64,000 nt of DNA from Rubrivivax sp. (GTDB lineage: Bacteria > Pseudomonadota > Gammaproteobacteria > Burkholderiales > Burkholderiaceae_C): assembly GCA_043774975.1 (NCBI GenBank), contig JAYVSX010000149.1:376-64375 (forward strand). Reading direction: 5' to 3'. Positions 51,154 to 60,572 of this stretch are shown here, one piece after another. Every line of letters begins with the position of its first letter. Positions within the stretch are counted from its first letter, which is position 1. The notes under the pieces are model-generated. The model made no database searches. It was given only the letters and a program-made list of their open reading frames with translations, and was not told the origin of the DNA. A program made the translations under genes and the position numbers.

Positions 51154-51675
51154 ATGGCGTCGCGAAATTCAAGCGCAAGGCCCAGCCTGTGGTTTTGGCT
51201 GGGCCTGGCCGCGGCGGTCATCCTGGCCGACCAGGTGACGAAGACCCTGATCATGGGCGAATTCAAGTACGGTGACTCGCGCCCGGTCACCGAATGGTTC
51301 AACCTGGTTCGCGCGCACAACAAGGGCGCCGCCTTTTCCTTCCTGGCCGACGCCGGTGGCTGGCAACGCTGGTTTTTTGTCGGCCTGGGCGCGGTGGCGT
51401 CTGTTTTCATCGTCTGGATGCTGCGCAGCCACCCCACGCAAAAGCTGTTTTGCTTTGCCGTCAGCATGATCATGGGTGGTGCCATCGGCAACGTCATCGA
51501 CCGCCTGCTGCATGGTTACGTCGTCGACTTCCTGCAGTTCAGGTTAACGCTGCTGGAGCCGCTGTTCCCGGGCGGCTACTTCCCCAGTTTCAACGTCGCC
51601 GACAGTGCCATCACGTTGGGCGCGATGTGCCTGATCCTGGACGAGATCCTGCGCGTGCGCCGTGGCAAGGCTTGA
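51154..51675 (+). CDS. lspA: Lipoprotein signal peptidase II
   Basis: Motifs DQVTK, NKGAAFS, GNVIDR, VVDF and FNVADSAI. Confidence 0.96.
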   Translation: MASRNSSARPSLWFWLGLAAAVILADQVTKTLIMGEFKYGDSRPVTEWFNLVRAHNKGAAFSFLADAGGWQRWFFVGLGAVASVFIVWMLRSHPTQKLFCFAVSMIMGGAIGNVIDRLLHGYVVDFLQFRLTLLEPLFPGGYFPSFNVADSAITLGAMCLILDEILRVRRGKA

Positions 51676-51842
51676 TCCGCATCAAGCCTGCCGGCTGGTG
51701 CTGGAAATGTTGTGGGGGCGCGCCACGTTGGTGGTCTTTGCGGTCAGTTTTGACGGCATGCCTGACTTCAAGGGCTCACTGATGGCGCTGCTGTCGCCCG
51801 ACAAACTGCCTTTCATGGCGGCCTGGGACCGAAGCCAGCGCC

Positions 51843-52430
51843 CTATTTGCGGTCGCCCATCGCGTGGGCAATGGTGCTGAGGTCGACGTACTCCAGCTCG
51901 CTGCCCGCCGGCACGCCGCGAGCCAATCGCGTGACCTTCAGCCCGCGCGCCTTCAGTGCCGAGGCCAGCGCATGGGCTGTCACTTCGCCCTCGGCCGTGA
52001 AGCCGGTGGCCAGGATAACTTCTTCGACCACACCATCGCTGGCGCGGTGCAGCAGGTCGTCGGCACCGATCTCGGCCGGCCCCACACCCTGCAAGGGGCT
52101 GATGCGCCCCATCAGCACAAAGTACAGCCCCTTGTAGCTGCCACTGCGCTCCAGCGCCGCCTGGTCGGCCGGTGTTTCCACCACGCACAGCTGGCGCGCG
52201 TCACGCGCCGGGTTCAGGCAGGTGCTGCAGACGTCGGCTTCGGTGTAGGTGTGGCAACGCTGGCAATGGCGCATGGCCTGCATGGCGTGGGTCAGCGAAG
52301 CGGCCAGGCGCCGCGCGCCGTCGCGGTCGTGTTGCAGCAGGTGAAAGGCCATGCGCTGCGCCGACTTCACGCCCACGCCCGGCAGCCGACGCAGTGCTTC
52401 GATCAAACCATCCAGCGCATGTTCAGACAC
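51843..52430 (-). CDS. recR: Recombination mediator RecR
   Basis: Hh[13 protein letters not shown]4 Zn finger and Toprim domain. Confidence 0.96.
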   Translation of the reverse strand: MSEHALDGLIEALRRLPGVGVKSAQRMAFHLLQHDRDGARRLAASLTHAMQAMRHCQRCHTYTEADVCSTCLNPARDARQLCVVETPADQAALERSGSYKGLYFVLMGRISPLQGVGPAEIGADDLLHRASDGVVEEVILATGFTAEGEVTAHALASALKARGLKVTRLARGVPAGSELEYVDLSTIAHAMGDRK

Positions 52431-52440
52431 CGGTTGAGGC

Positions 52441-52767
52441 TCAGAAAGGAAGTTTCATCCCGGGTGGCAAGGGCATGCCGGCGGTCAGCTTGCCCATCTT
52501 GGCACTGCTGACTTCTTCGGCGCGACGCACGGCGTCGTTGAAGGCGGCGGCCACCAGGTCTTCCAGCATGTCTTTGTCTTCGGCCAGCAGACTGGGGTCG
52601 ATGAGCACCCGCTTGACGCCGTGCTTGCAGGTCATGGTGACCTTCACCAAACCGGCGCCCGACTGGCCCTCCACTTCCATCAGCGCCAGTTCATCCTGGG
52701 CCTTTTTCATGTTGTCTTGCATGGCCTGGGCTTGTTTCATCAAGCCGGCGAGTTGGCCTTTCATCAT
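52441..52767 (-). CDS. ybaB: YbaB/EbfC nucleoid-associated protein
   Basis: Motifs [16 protein letters not shown] and [11 protein letters not shown]. Confidence 0.95.
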   Translation of the reverse strand: MMKGQLAGLMKQAQAMQDNMKKAQDELALMEVEGQSGAGLVKVTMTCKHGVKRVLIDPSLLAEDKDMLEDLVAAAFNDAVRRAEEVSSAKMGKLTAGMPLPPGMKLPF

Positions 52768-52831
52768 GGTCGTGTTCCTTGCGCTTCAGAAAGAGGTGGA
52801 CGGGGATTCAAACAAAACTTCAGACACAGCT

Positions 52832-54616
52832 TCAAACCGGTTTGATCGAGCCAGGCACGATGCGGGCTGTCTTGAACTGCTGCAACAGCTCGCGCACCAT
52901 CGGGTCTTGCGCGATGGTGGTTTCGGCATCGGCCTGCAGGCGTGCACGCTCCGCCGCAGCACGCAGCGCGGGGCTGTCGTCGGGCGTGCCGCTTTCGATC
53001 TCCAGCACCACGGCGTGGCCCTGCGACAGGCTCAAAGCGGCCGCCAGTTTGTCGGCCAGTGCAGGGTTGCGCAGCGGCTCGCGCGCCACCACCAGGCTCC
53101 AGCGCTGTGGAACGGCGGTGTCGTCAACGTGGCGCAGCCCGGCCTGGGATGCCAACTCGCGCACCAGAGCCGCCACGCTGCCTTGTTCACACAGCTGCTT
53201 GACGGCACGGTCCCAACGTTCGCCCAACGCGCCACCGGTGGCGGTGGCCGCAGTGGCGGTGGCGGCGGCGACAGGCGGCCTGAGCAAAGGCACCGCGTCA
53301 ACCTCAAAAGGCGGTGGCTGCGGCGCCGAGACATGCAGTGCACCGACAGCCGCTGCTCTGGCGCCAGCAGCCGAACCTGACGCGGCGTTCACCACCGGGC
53401 CGCTGGACGGCAGCGGTACGGGGTTCGGCAACGCCGGCGCCTTGGCCACGCTGATGGCAGGCGGGGCCGGTGCGCGCAAAGGCGCAGACCGGGCCTCACG
53501 CGCAGGGGCCGGGGCTCCTTGAGCTGGAAAGGCCAGGAAGCGCAGCAGGACCATGGTCAGCGCGCCGTACTCGTCGCTCATCAGGCTGAGCTCTTCACGG
53601 CCGTGCAGCACCATGCTGTAGAGCAACTGCATTTCATCGGCGGCCAGGGTGTTGGCCAGCTCACGCGCCACTTGTGTGTCGGGGTCGTCGGCGTCCAGCG
53701 CACCGGGCACCGCTTGCTCGACCGCCATCTGCTGCAGCAGCAGTGACATCTCTTCCAGCGTCGCAGCCGCGGACAGGCCCAGGCTGCGCAAGCCCGCCAC
53801 GGCAGCCAACAGGGCCACACCGTCGCGGCGCGCCAGGGCTTCGACCAGCGTGCGGGCGTGGCTGCGGTCGACACTGCCCAGCATGGCCCGCACCACGCCT
53901 TCACTGAGCTGACCGCCGCCATAGGCGATGGCCTGGTCGGTCAAAGACAGACCGTCGCGCATGGAGCCCCGCGCAGCCCGTCCCAGCAGGCGCAGCGAGC
54001 CTTCGTCGCTGGGCACGTTTTCAGCCTGCAGCACACGCTGCAGGTGCTCGCGCACGGTGGTCGGCGCCATCGGCCGCAGGTTGAACTGCAGGCAGCGGCT
54101 CAGAACCGTGGGCAGGACCTTTTCAGGGTCGGTGGTGGCCAGCACGAACTTCAGGTACTCCGGCGGCTCTTCCAGCGTCTTGAGCAGGGCATTGAAGGCG
54201 TCCTTGGACAGCTGATGGGCTTCGTCGATCATGAAGACCTTGAATCGGCCAACCCCCGGCTTGTAGGCGGCGCGCTCGATCAGGTCTTTGATCTCGTCCT
54301 TGCCGCCGTTGCTGGCGGCGTCCATTTCGATGTAGTCCAGGTAACGGTCGGCATCGATCTCGGTGCAGGCCTGGCAGACGCCGCAGGGCTCGGCGGTGAT
54401 GCCACCTTGGCCATCGGGGCCGGTGCAGTTCAGGCTCTTGGCCAGGATGCGGCTGACCGTCGTCTTGCCGATGCCGCGGGTGCCCGTGAACAGGTAGGCG
54501 TGGTGCAAACGCCCTTGTGTCAGGGCATTGCTCAGGGCCTGGACAACGTGCTCTTGCCCGACCATTTGCGCAAACGTGCGAGGGCGATACTTGCGGGCCA
54601 GGACAACGTAGGACAT
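52832..54616 (-). CDS. dnaX: DNA polymerase III subunit gamma/tau
   Basis: Motifs LARKYRP, GTRGIGKT, DEAH, LLKTLEEPP and SRC. Confidence 0.96.
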   Translation of the reverse strand: MSYVVLARKYRPRTFAQMVGQEHVVQALSNALTQGRLHHAYLFTGTRGIGKTTVSRILAKSLNCTGPDGQGGITAEPCGVCQACTEIDADRYLDYIEMDAASNGGKDEIKDLIERAAYKPGVGRFKVFMIDEAHQLSKDAFNALLKTLEEPPEYLKFVLATTDPEKVLPTVLSRCLQFNLRPMAPTTVREHLQRVLQAENVPSDEGSLRLLGRAARGSMRDGLSLTDQAIAYGGGQLSEGVVRAMLGSVDRSHARTLVEALARRDGVALLAAVAGLRSLGLSAAATLEEMSLLLQQMAVEQAVPGALDADDPDTQVARELANTLAADEMQLLYSMVLHGREELSLMSDEYGALTMVLLRFLAFPAQGAPAPAREARSAPLRAPAPPAISVAKAPALPNPVPLPSSGPVVNAASGSAAGARAAAVGALHVSAPQPPPFEVDAVPLLRPPVAAATATAATATGGALGERWDRAVKQLCEQGSVAALVRELASQAGLRHVDDTAVPQRWSLVVAREPLRNPALADKLAAALSLSQGHAVVLEIESGTPDDSPALRAAAERARLQADAETTIAQDPMVRELLQQFKTARIVPGSIKPV

Positions 54617-54696
54617 CAGTTGCACCACGGGGCCGTGGTCAGGCCGCCGAGGCTCCCTTGCGGAGCAGCGAACCTGGTGGGCTGGGGGGTCGACAT
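54616..54696 (-). promoter_or_regulatory. Putative uORF translationally coupled to dnaX (MSTPQPTRFAAPQGSLGGLTTAPWCN*)
   Basis: TAGAAT (54709-54704) lies 7 nt before ATG 54696; its stop overlaps the dnaX start as TGATG. Confidence 0.5.
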
Positions 54697-54733
54697 GCCC
54701 TCGATTCTACGGGTGCAGGGATAATCCCCAACC

Positions 54734-55849
54734 ATGAGCAACCCCGCCCCAACCCCGCTGAGCTACGAGCAAGCCGGTGTCCAATACGACTTGATCGACC
54801 CCTTGAAAGTGGCCGCCCAACGCGCCGCAGCGGCCACCGCCCGTCACCTGTCAAGCCATGGCTTTTCGGAAGTGCTGGCCTCGCGCGGTGAATCGGCCTA
54901 CGTGGTGGATGTGGGCCCGTTCTACATGGCCAGCATCGTCGAGTGCCTGGGCACCAAGACGCTGGTGGCCGATGAAATGCAGCGGCTGACCGGCCACAGC
55001 CCATTTGCCGGCATCGCGCAAGACACCATCGCGATGGCCGTCAACGACCTCATCACCGTGGGCGCCACACCCTTGGTGGTGCAGGCCTACTGGGCCGCAG
55101 GTGGCAGCGATTGGTTCAGTGACGCGCAACGATCAGGCGCTTTGGTGGCGGGCTGGAAGGCCGCTTGCGACACCTGCAAAGTGGCCTGGGGTGGTGGCGA
55201 AACCCCCGCGCTGGCCGGCATTGTGGAAGCCGGACGCATCGACCTGGCCGCCTCTTGCACTGGCCTGGTCAACCCCAAAACACGGTTGACGCTGGGCGAT
55301 CAGTTGGGGCCCGGTGACGCCATTGTGCTGTTGGCCAGCAGTGGCATTCACGCCAACGGCCTGAGCCTGGCGCGCAAGCTCAGCGAACGCCTGGCCCAGG
55401 GCTACCTGACCGAAATCGAACCGGGCCTGCGCTACGGCGACGCGCTGCTGGCACCGACCACGTTGTATTCGCCCGTGACGGAAGCACTGTGGGCGGCCGG
55501 CGTGCGGGTGCATTACGCCGCCAACATCACTGGGCACGGCTGGCGCAAGCTGCTGCGCCACCCCAAGCCCCTGAGCTACCGCATCCATACCGTGCCGCCG
55601 GTGCCGCCGGTGTTGCGGTTCATCCAGGCCCAGGCTGGCCACGACGCGGCCGAGGCCTACGGCACGCTGAACATGGGGGCTGGCTTTGCGTTGTTTGTTC
55701 ACCGCGAAGATGCCGAACAAGCGGTGGCGGTGGCGCGTGCCTGCGGCGTGCCAGCCTGGGTGGCGGGCCAGGTGGAGGCGGGCGCGAAAAGCCTGCACAT
55801 CGAGCCCCTGGGCGTGACCTTCAGCGGTGAAGATCTGCAATTGCGTTGA
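54734..55849 (+). CDS. AIR synthase-related protein (divergent PurM-like)
   Basis: Motifs YEQAGV, LGTK, AMAVNDL, GGETP, SSGIHANG, NITGHG and TLNMGAG. Confidence 0.85.
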   Translation: MSNPAPTPLSYEQAGVQYDLIDPLKVAAQRAAAATARHLSSHGFSEVLASRGESAYVVDVGPFYMASIVECLGTKTLVADEMQRLTGHSPFAGIAQDTIAMAVNDLITVGATPLVVQAYWAAGGSDWFSDAQRSGALVAGWKAACDTCKVAWGGGETPALAGIVEAGRIDLAASCTGLVNPKTRLTLGDQLGPGDAIVLLASSGIHANGLSLARKLSERLAQGYLTEIEPGLRYGDALLAPTTLYSPVTEALWAAGVRVHYAANITGHGWRKLLRHPKPLSYRIHTVPPVPPVLRFIQAQAGHDAAEAYGTLNMGAGFALFVHREDAEQAVAVARACGVPAWVAGQVEAGAKSLHIEPLGVTFSGEDLQLR

Positions 55850-55924
55850 CACATCAAGGCGCGCAGGCAGGCGCACAACGAGGGCCACACCAAGGCGCAA
55901 CGCACCTCACCTACAATCAGACCC

Positions 55925-56019
55925 GACGGGCCTCCCCGCATGGAAGCGCGCCCAACCGGGTCAGGTGGGGAACCAAGCAGCCCTAAGCGTTGCAACCAGT
56001 GCCGGGGGTAAGGCTCGTC
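55925..56019 (+). ncRNA. ffs: Small SRP RNA (4.5S)
   Basis: Domain IV-like GGTCAGGTGG-GGAA-CCAAGCAGCC; terminal pairing GACGGGCCT/AGGCTCGTC; TACAAT at 55912-55917; close to dnaX. Confidence 0.9.
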
Positions 56020-56042
56020 ACCCTGACTCAGGCAGCGTCGCC

Positions 56043-56074
56043 CTTGCGAGACCCTCGCAAGACTCTCGCAAGAC
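56043..56074. terminator. Hairpin between ffs and the convergent kinase gene, with a duplicated arm
   Basis: CTTGCGAG-acc-CTCGCAAG, followed by a second CTCGCAAGAC copy; no U-tract. Confidence 0.35.
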
Positions 56075-56107
56075 GTCAGCCGATGCTGCCCGAGTCGACC
56101 ATCAGCC

Positions 56108-58573
56108 TCAGGCGTTGCCCTTTGAAAGAGCCGTCACCGCCTGGTCACGCAAGCTGCGCAGCAGCGCGAGTTCAGCTTCGCTCACCGTCAATGTCCCCGC
56201 TTCGGCTTTGTCAGCGTAGATCAAGCCTATGGCCTGGCCCTTGACCATCATGGGCAGCAGCAGAAAGGTCGCCCCGTTGACCTTTTGTCGGTACCAGGCA
56301 GGCAAACGCTTGGCGACGGCCTTGACGTCGGCAATCAACAGGTCGGCACCTTTGGCACAAATCGCCGCGAAGAGATCCTGACCGGCGCTGCTGTCAGGGG
56401 CGATTCGAAAGGCACTGGCCACGTCGGGCGGCCCCTTGCCCAGTGCCAAGCGACCGATCAGCAGACCAGTTTTTGGGTCGCGCAGACAAAACACCACGCT
56501 GCGAAGCGACAGTGACTGCTGCAAGGTCTGCAAAACCAGGTGCAGGATTTCGTTCAAACGCAAAGAACCCTGGGCCATAGCCTGCCGCACAGCTTCCAGG
56601 CCTTGACTGAGGTTGATCTGGGTTTCGGTGGCATGAGGGTCGCTGACGATGGTTCGATCGTCACCGCCGACTGCAGGTGTACGCGGGCGCCGTGCAGCAC
56701 CCGCTTCAGAGTCACCTGCCGCAACGCCTGCGACACCCGATGGGCCGCCCGCCACGGCGCTGTGGGGCGCTGGCGCTGTGGCTTGAAGCAAGCGGTGGGC
56801 TGGCGCGCCTTGCGCAACCTGCAAACCCATGGCCTGGGCCAGGCTGGCGACCCGCGTCCGGGCCTTGATCGCACCGCTCAGCATGTCGCGCGGCTGCAGT
56901 CCCAGCGCGTTGGCGTAGGTCTGTGCCACCGCCTCGAGTGCGGCGGTTTGCTGGTCTCCATCCGCACCGAGCATGGCGTCGGTCAGGGCGTTGGCCGATC
57001 TTGCCAACCACCGGATGCGATCCATACTCGCTTCGGCCTGGCGAGAAATGGGCCGCGACGGCACCTCGCCGTCGGGCACGCGCAGCGCCCGTTGCAGGGT
57101 GTCTGGCAAACCCCAGGCGCGCGCCACACCAGCACCCAGCTCGTCCAAGCCCAAGCCCAGAACCTGGTGGGCCGCTGCTTCTCGCGCCGCGTGGGTGGCT
57201 GGTTTGCCAACCAGGCGCTGGCGAATCTGCAACGCTTCTTCCTGAAAGTAGTACTCGGTGAGCAAACGCCCGAGGTTCTGAAACATGGCAGCCAAAAAGG
57301 CCTCTTCGCTTTCGCGGGCCACGGGGGTGAGTTCACCGGCCATGGTGCCAGCCATCAGCGCGCGCAGAAACTCTTCCTTGAGCAGGCCAGCGTGGCCCTT
57401 GTCACCCATGTGCTCCAGTAGGATCACCGACAACGCCATGTTGCGGATGCCGGCAAAGCCCACCAAAGCCACCGCGCGAGACACCGTGCTGACGCCGGCC
57501 CCGGACACCGAGGTGAAATGCGCGGTGTTGACCATGCGCAGCAGCTTGTTGGTCAGCGCCACGTCCTTCAAGACTGCTTCGGACAGGCTGGCCAGGCTTT
57601 CGGTCTCGGACAGCGCCATGCGCTGAATGCGCACCACGGAGCTGGACAGCGCGGGGAAGTCGGTCTTGCTGCGCATGCGCCGCAGCAAAAAGTCCAAGGT
57701 CGAGTGAGCGCCTTCGTTGGTGGCCTTGGGCACTTCAGGTGTCAGCCAAGCTGTCAATGCAGCATGCAAGGCCTTGGCGCTGTCATAGCGCTGTTCGGTT
57801 TGACGGGCCAAAGCACGCTGCACAATGCCTCGCAAGGTGTCGTCCACCTTGACCTGCGCAGGCAACTGCAGGTCTTCGTTCTGTATCCGGGCGATGGCGC
57901 GGTAGGGGTCGGATTCCTTGAGTAACGGAGCACCGGCCAACAGTTCACCGAGTACGACGCCGGCCGAGAACACATCCATCGCCGGCTGAGCTGCTTCGCC
58001 TCGCGCCGCCTCGGGTGACATGTAGCCCGGTGTGCCCACCACCAGCCCTGTGTCCCATTGCGCCCCATTGGCTTTAGGGGAGCTTGGCTTGGCCATGCGG
58101 GCGGCAATGCCAAAGTCCATGACCCGTGGACGACCGTCCCCGCCGAGCAGGATGTTGGACGGCTTGAGGTCGCGGTGCACGATGCCTTCTTCGTGCGCCG
58201 CAACCAGCGCGTCCAGAACGCCCAGCAACAAGGTCACGGCCTCACGCGCAGGCATCGAAGGGCGCTTGCGCCGCAGCTCCTGCAGCGTGGGGCCTTCTAC
58301 ATACTCAAAGACCAGGTAGGGCTGGCCTTCGTGTTCATCGGCCTCGAACACGGGAACCACGTTGGGATGCTTCAGGCGGCTGACCGCACGCGCTTCATTC
58401 AGCCATTCCTGGCGGGTGGAGGCGTCGGCTTCGCCGCTCAAGAGCTTCAGAGCAACCTCTCGGTCCAGCCGGGGGTCGTGGGCCAACCAGACGGTGGCCT
58501 GTGCGCCCCGGCCCAGTTCCCGCAGCAACTCAAACCGGGCCAATTGACGCCGGCCGGGCAGCACGGCGCTCAA
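56108..58573 (-). CDS. Ser/Thr kinase-HDOD-GAF-like signalling protein
   Basis: Kinase motifs GRGAQA, VALK, HRDLKPSN, DFG and GTPGYMSPE; HDOD (DVALTNKLLRMVN, QNLGRLL); GAF-like C-terminus LLLPM...GLIYAD. Confidence 0.88.
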   Translation of the reverse strand: MSAVLPGRRQLARFELLRELGRGAQATVWLAHDPRLDREVALKLLSGEADASTRQEWLNEARAVSRLKHPNVVPVFEADEHEGQPYLVFEYVEGPTLQELRRKRPSMPAREAVTLLLGVLDALVAAHEEGIVHRDLKPSNILLGGDGRPRVMDFGIAARMAKPSSPKANGAQWDTGLVVGTPGYMSPEAARGEAAQPAMDVFSAGVVLGELLAGAPLLKESDPYRAIARIQNEDLQLPAQVKVDDTLRGIVQRALARQTEQRYDSAKALHAALTAWLTPEVPKATNEGAHSTLDFLLRRMRSKTDFPALSSSVVRIQRMALSETESLASLSEAVLKDVALTNKLLRMVNTAHFTSVSGAGVSTVSRAVALVGFAGIRNMALSVILLEHMGDKGHAGLLKEEFLRALMAGTMAGELTPVARESEEAFLAAMFQNLGRLLTEYYFQEEALQIRQRLVGKPATHAAREAAAHQVLGLGLDELGAGVARAWGLPDTLQRALRVPDGEVPSRPISRQAEASMDRIRWLARSANALTDAMLGADGDQQTAALEAVAQTYANALGLQPRDMLSGAIKARTRVASLAQAMGLQVAQGAPAHRLLQATAPAPHSAVAGGPSGVAGVAAGDSEAGAARRPRTPAVGGDDRTIVSDPHATETQINLSQGLEAVRQAMAQGSLRLNEILHLVLQTLQQSLSLRSVVFCLRDPKTGLLIGRLALGKGPPDVASAFRIAPDSSAGQDLFAAICAKGADLLIADVKAVAKRLPAWYRQKVNGATFLLLPMMVKGQAIGLIYADKAEAGTLTVSEAELALLRSLRDQAVTALSKGNA

Positions 58574-60444
58574 GACAGCGAGCCTCGGCCGCTGGAAGCC
58601 CTGGCCACCGCGGCCTGGCGCAATCCCCTGGCGGATGGGGCCTTGTCTTCGCTGGAAAGCGTGTCCAGCAGGTCCAGCGGCGCAGGCATGGTCTGCGCGA
58701 TCGGGGACTCAGGCGGTTTCGTACCGCCGTGCAGTGCTTCTTGCAGGTCGCGCAGGCTGATGTCCAGTGCCCGGCCGTAGCGCTGCACCACCCTTTGCAG
58801 CGCGGCCAACACCTTGGGCCCGGGCAAGGTGGTCGCGTCCACGGCTTCGTTGGCGCAACTGGCCACCAAGCGCAGCATGTCGTCGTCGCCCTCCACGCTG
58901 CGAACGGCCACACTGGTGGGCAGGCGCCGGATCATGACCAGGACGGTTTCATCCAGCCCCCAATAGCGGGCCACCGCAGCGCCCATCGACTCAATGTCGG
59001 CACCCAAAACCGCGTATGCAGCGGCGTCCTCCTGCATGCCGGGATCGTCGGGCTCGCCCTCGCGCGGGGATGGCGCAGGCTGCATCAGACGTCGAATCTG
59101 TTGAGCTTCTTCTGCAAAGTGATAGTTCACCACCAGCCGCCCCAGGTTCTGCATCAAGGTGATGAGGTTGACAACCTCGCTGTCATAGCCCGCTGGACGA
59201 AGCGCCAAGGCAATTCGACCCGCCCGGCGGCAGCGTTCAAACAGTTGGTGAAGCTCCTGCGCACCGTTCGCGGACAAGGGGCCTGGCCACTCGCGCAGCG
59301 CCAAAGCAGCCCGGCGCACACCGTCCAGGCCCACCATCGCAATGGCGCGCCGCACGGTTAGCACCGGGCCGCCGCCAGCCACCTGCGCGCCGCGCACCTG
59401 GGCCGAATTGACCAGGCGCAACAACTCAAAGGACAGCGCCAAGTCTTCCAGCACGACCTCTGCCAGCTCGTTGGTGCGTTCACGCTCCATCATGGCCAGG
59501 CGCGCAGCACGCGCTGCAGCACCGGGTGAAGACGGCAGGACGCCAGCCACCCGCAGCTTGTCCGTCAACAATGCCAAGGGGCCTGCGCCGGTTGCGCTGT
59601 CGGTCTGCAACCAGCCTTCCAGCGCCCGCAGCAGCGTCCGTGCACTGCGATAGCGCTGCCGCTCTTGGCGGTCGGTGGCGCGGTTGACGATGGCCCGCAA
59701 TGGCTCGGGGACGGGATGGGCGGTGGCCCACGGCAAGCGCAGGATGTCGCGTCCCGCCGGTGGCAGGCGCAACAACACGCGGCCGACATCGGGTTCTTCC
59801 AGCGCGGGGCTGCCAGCCAGTAAACCGTGCAAGACGACCCCAGAGGCCAGCACATCGCGTTCGGCGGCCTCGCGTTGCAGCCGCAGGCTGATGGTCTCGC
59901 TGTCGGCGCCGCCCTTGCTGAGCCCCTTCTGGTGAGCGACTTCAGCGGCCACGGCCAGGCCGGCGACTCGCACCTGGCCGCTGTCAGACACCAGCATCAG
60001 GTAGGGCTGCAGATCGTGGTGGATGACGCCTGCTTCATGGGCAAAGGCCAATCCGCGCAGGGTTTCGGTAGCCCAAGTGGCGGCTTCCGCCCCTGGCATG
60101 CCCTTGCTCGAAGCGCGCTCGGCCATGGTGGCGCAATCGCGCGGGTCGTAAGCCACAAAGGGCCATCCGTCTTGCACGCCGACTTCAACGGCAGCGGCCA
60201 GTTGCGGGTGCTCCAGGCGCGTGGCCTGCTTCACCGCCTGTTGCCAGAACGCCAGCCCATGGCTGTCTTGCGGCTGCACCCGAGGCAGCACCAGCATCAG
60301 TTCTTGGCCACTTCGGGGATCGGCCACCCGCCATGCCATCGTGAGTTCGCTCTTGCCCAGAAGCCGCAAGAGCTGAAGGCGGCCGAACCAGCGCACAGCA
60401 GGCGCATGGGACAGAGCGGTCGACTCAGAGGGAGATGTGACCAT
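58570..60444 (-). CDS. Pseudokinase-HDOD protein
   Basis: Kinase-like fold with degenerate motifs (LGKSEL, ELMLV, HHDLQPYL, AGL); HDOD (DLALSFELLRLVNSA, QNLGRL). Confidence 0.82.
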   Translation of the reverse strand: MVTSPSESTALSHAPAVRWFGRLQLLRLLGKSELTMAWRVADPRSGQELMLVLPRVQPQDSHGLAFWQQAVKQATRLEHPQLAAAVEVGVQDGWPFVAYDPRDCATMAERASSKGMPGAEAATWATETLRGLAFAHEAGVIHHDLQPYLMLVSDSGQVRVAGLAVAAEVAHQKGLSKGGADSETISLRLQREAAERDVLASGVVLHGLLAGSPALEEPDVGRVLLRLPPAGRDILRLPWATAHPVPEPLRAIVNRATDRQERQRYRSARTLLRALEGWLQTDSATGAGPLALLTDKLRVAGVLPSSPGAAARAARLAMMERERTNELAEVVLEDLALSFELLRLVNSAQVRGAQVAGGGPVLTVRRAIAMVGLDGVRRAALALREWPGPLSANGAQELHQLFERCRRAGRIALALRPAGYDSEVVNLITLMQNLGRLVVNYHFAEEAQQIRRLMQPAPSPREGEPDDPGMQEDAAAYAVLGADIESMGAAVARYWGLDETVLVMIRRLPTSVAVRSVEGDDDMLRLVASCANEAVDATTLPGPKVLAALQRVVQRYGRALDISLRDLQEALHGGTKPPESPIAQTMPAPLDLLDTLSSEDKAPSARGLRQAAVARASSGRGSLS

Positions 60445-60572
60445 ATCGCCTGAATTGGACCGCTTCTCATGCCAGCAAGAAGCCGCGAACAAGGGGGCGA
60501 AGCGGCTTCAGTTTGCGCGGCGCTGAATGCAATCGAAGCCTTCAACTGGCTGGCCTTCAATGCGCTGGGGCG

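Noticed and set aside
52832-54616. Programmed frameshift producing the DnaX gamma subunit
   Set aside because: I saw no A-AAA-AAG or poly-A slippery run in the expected region.
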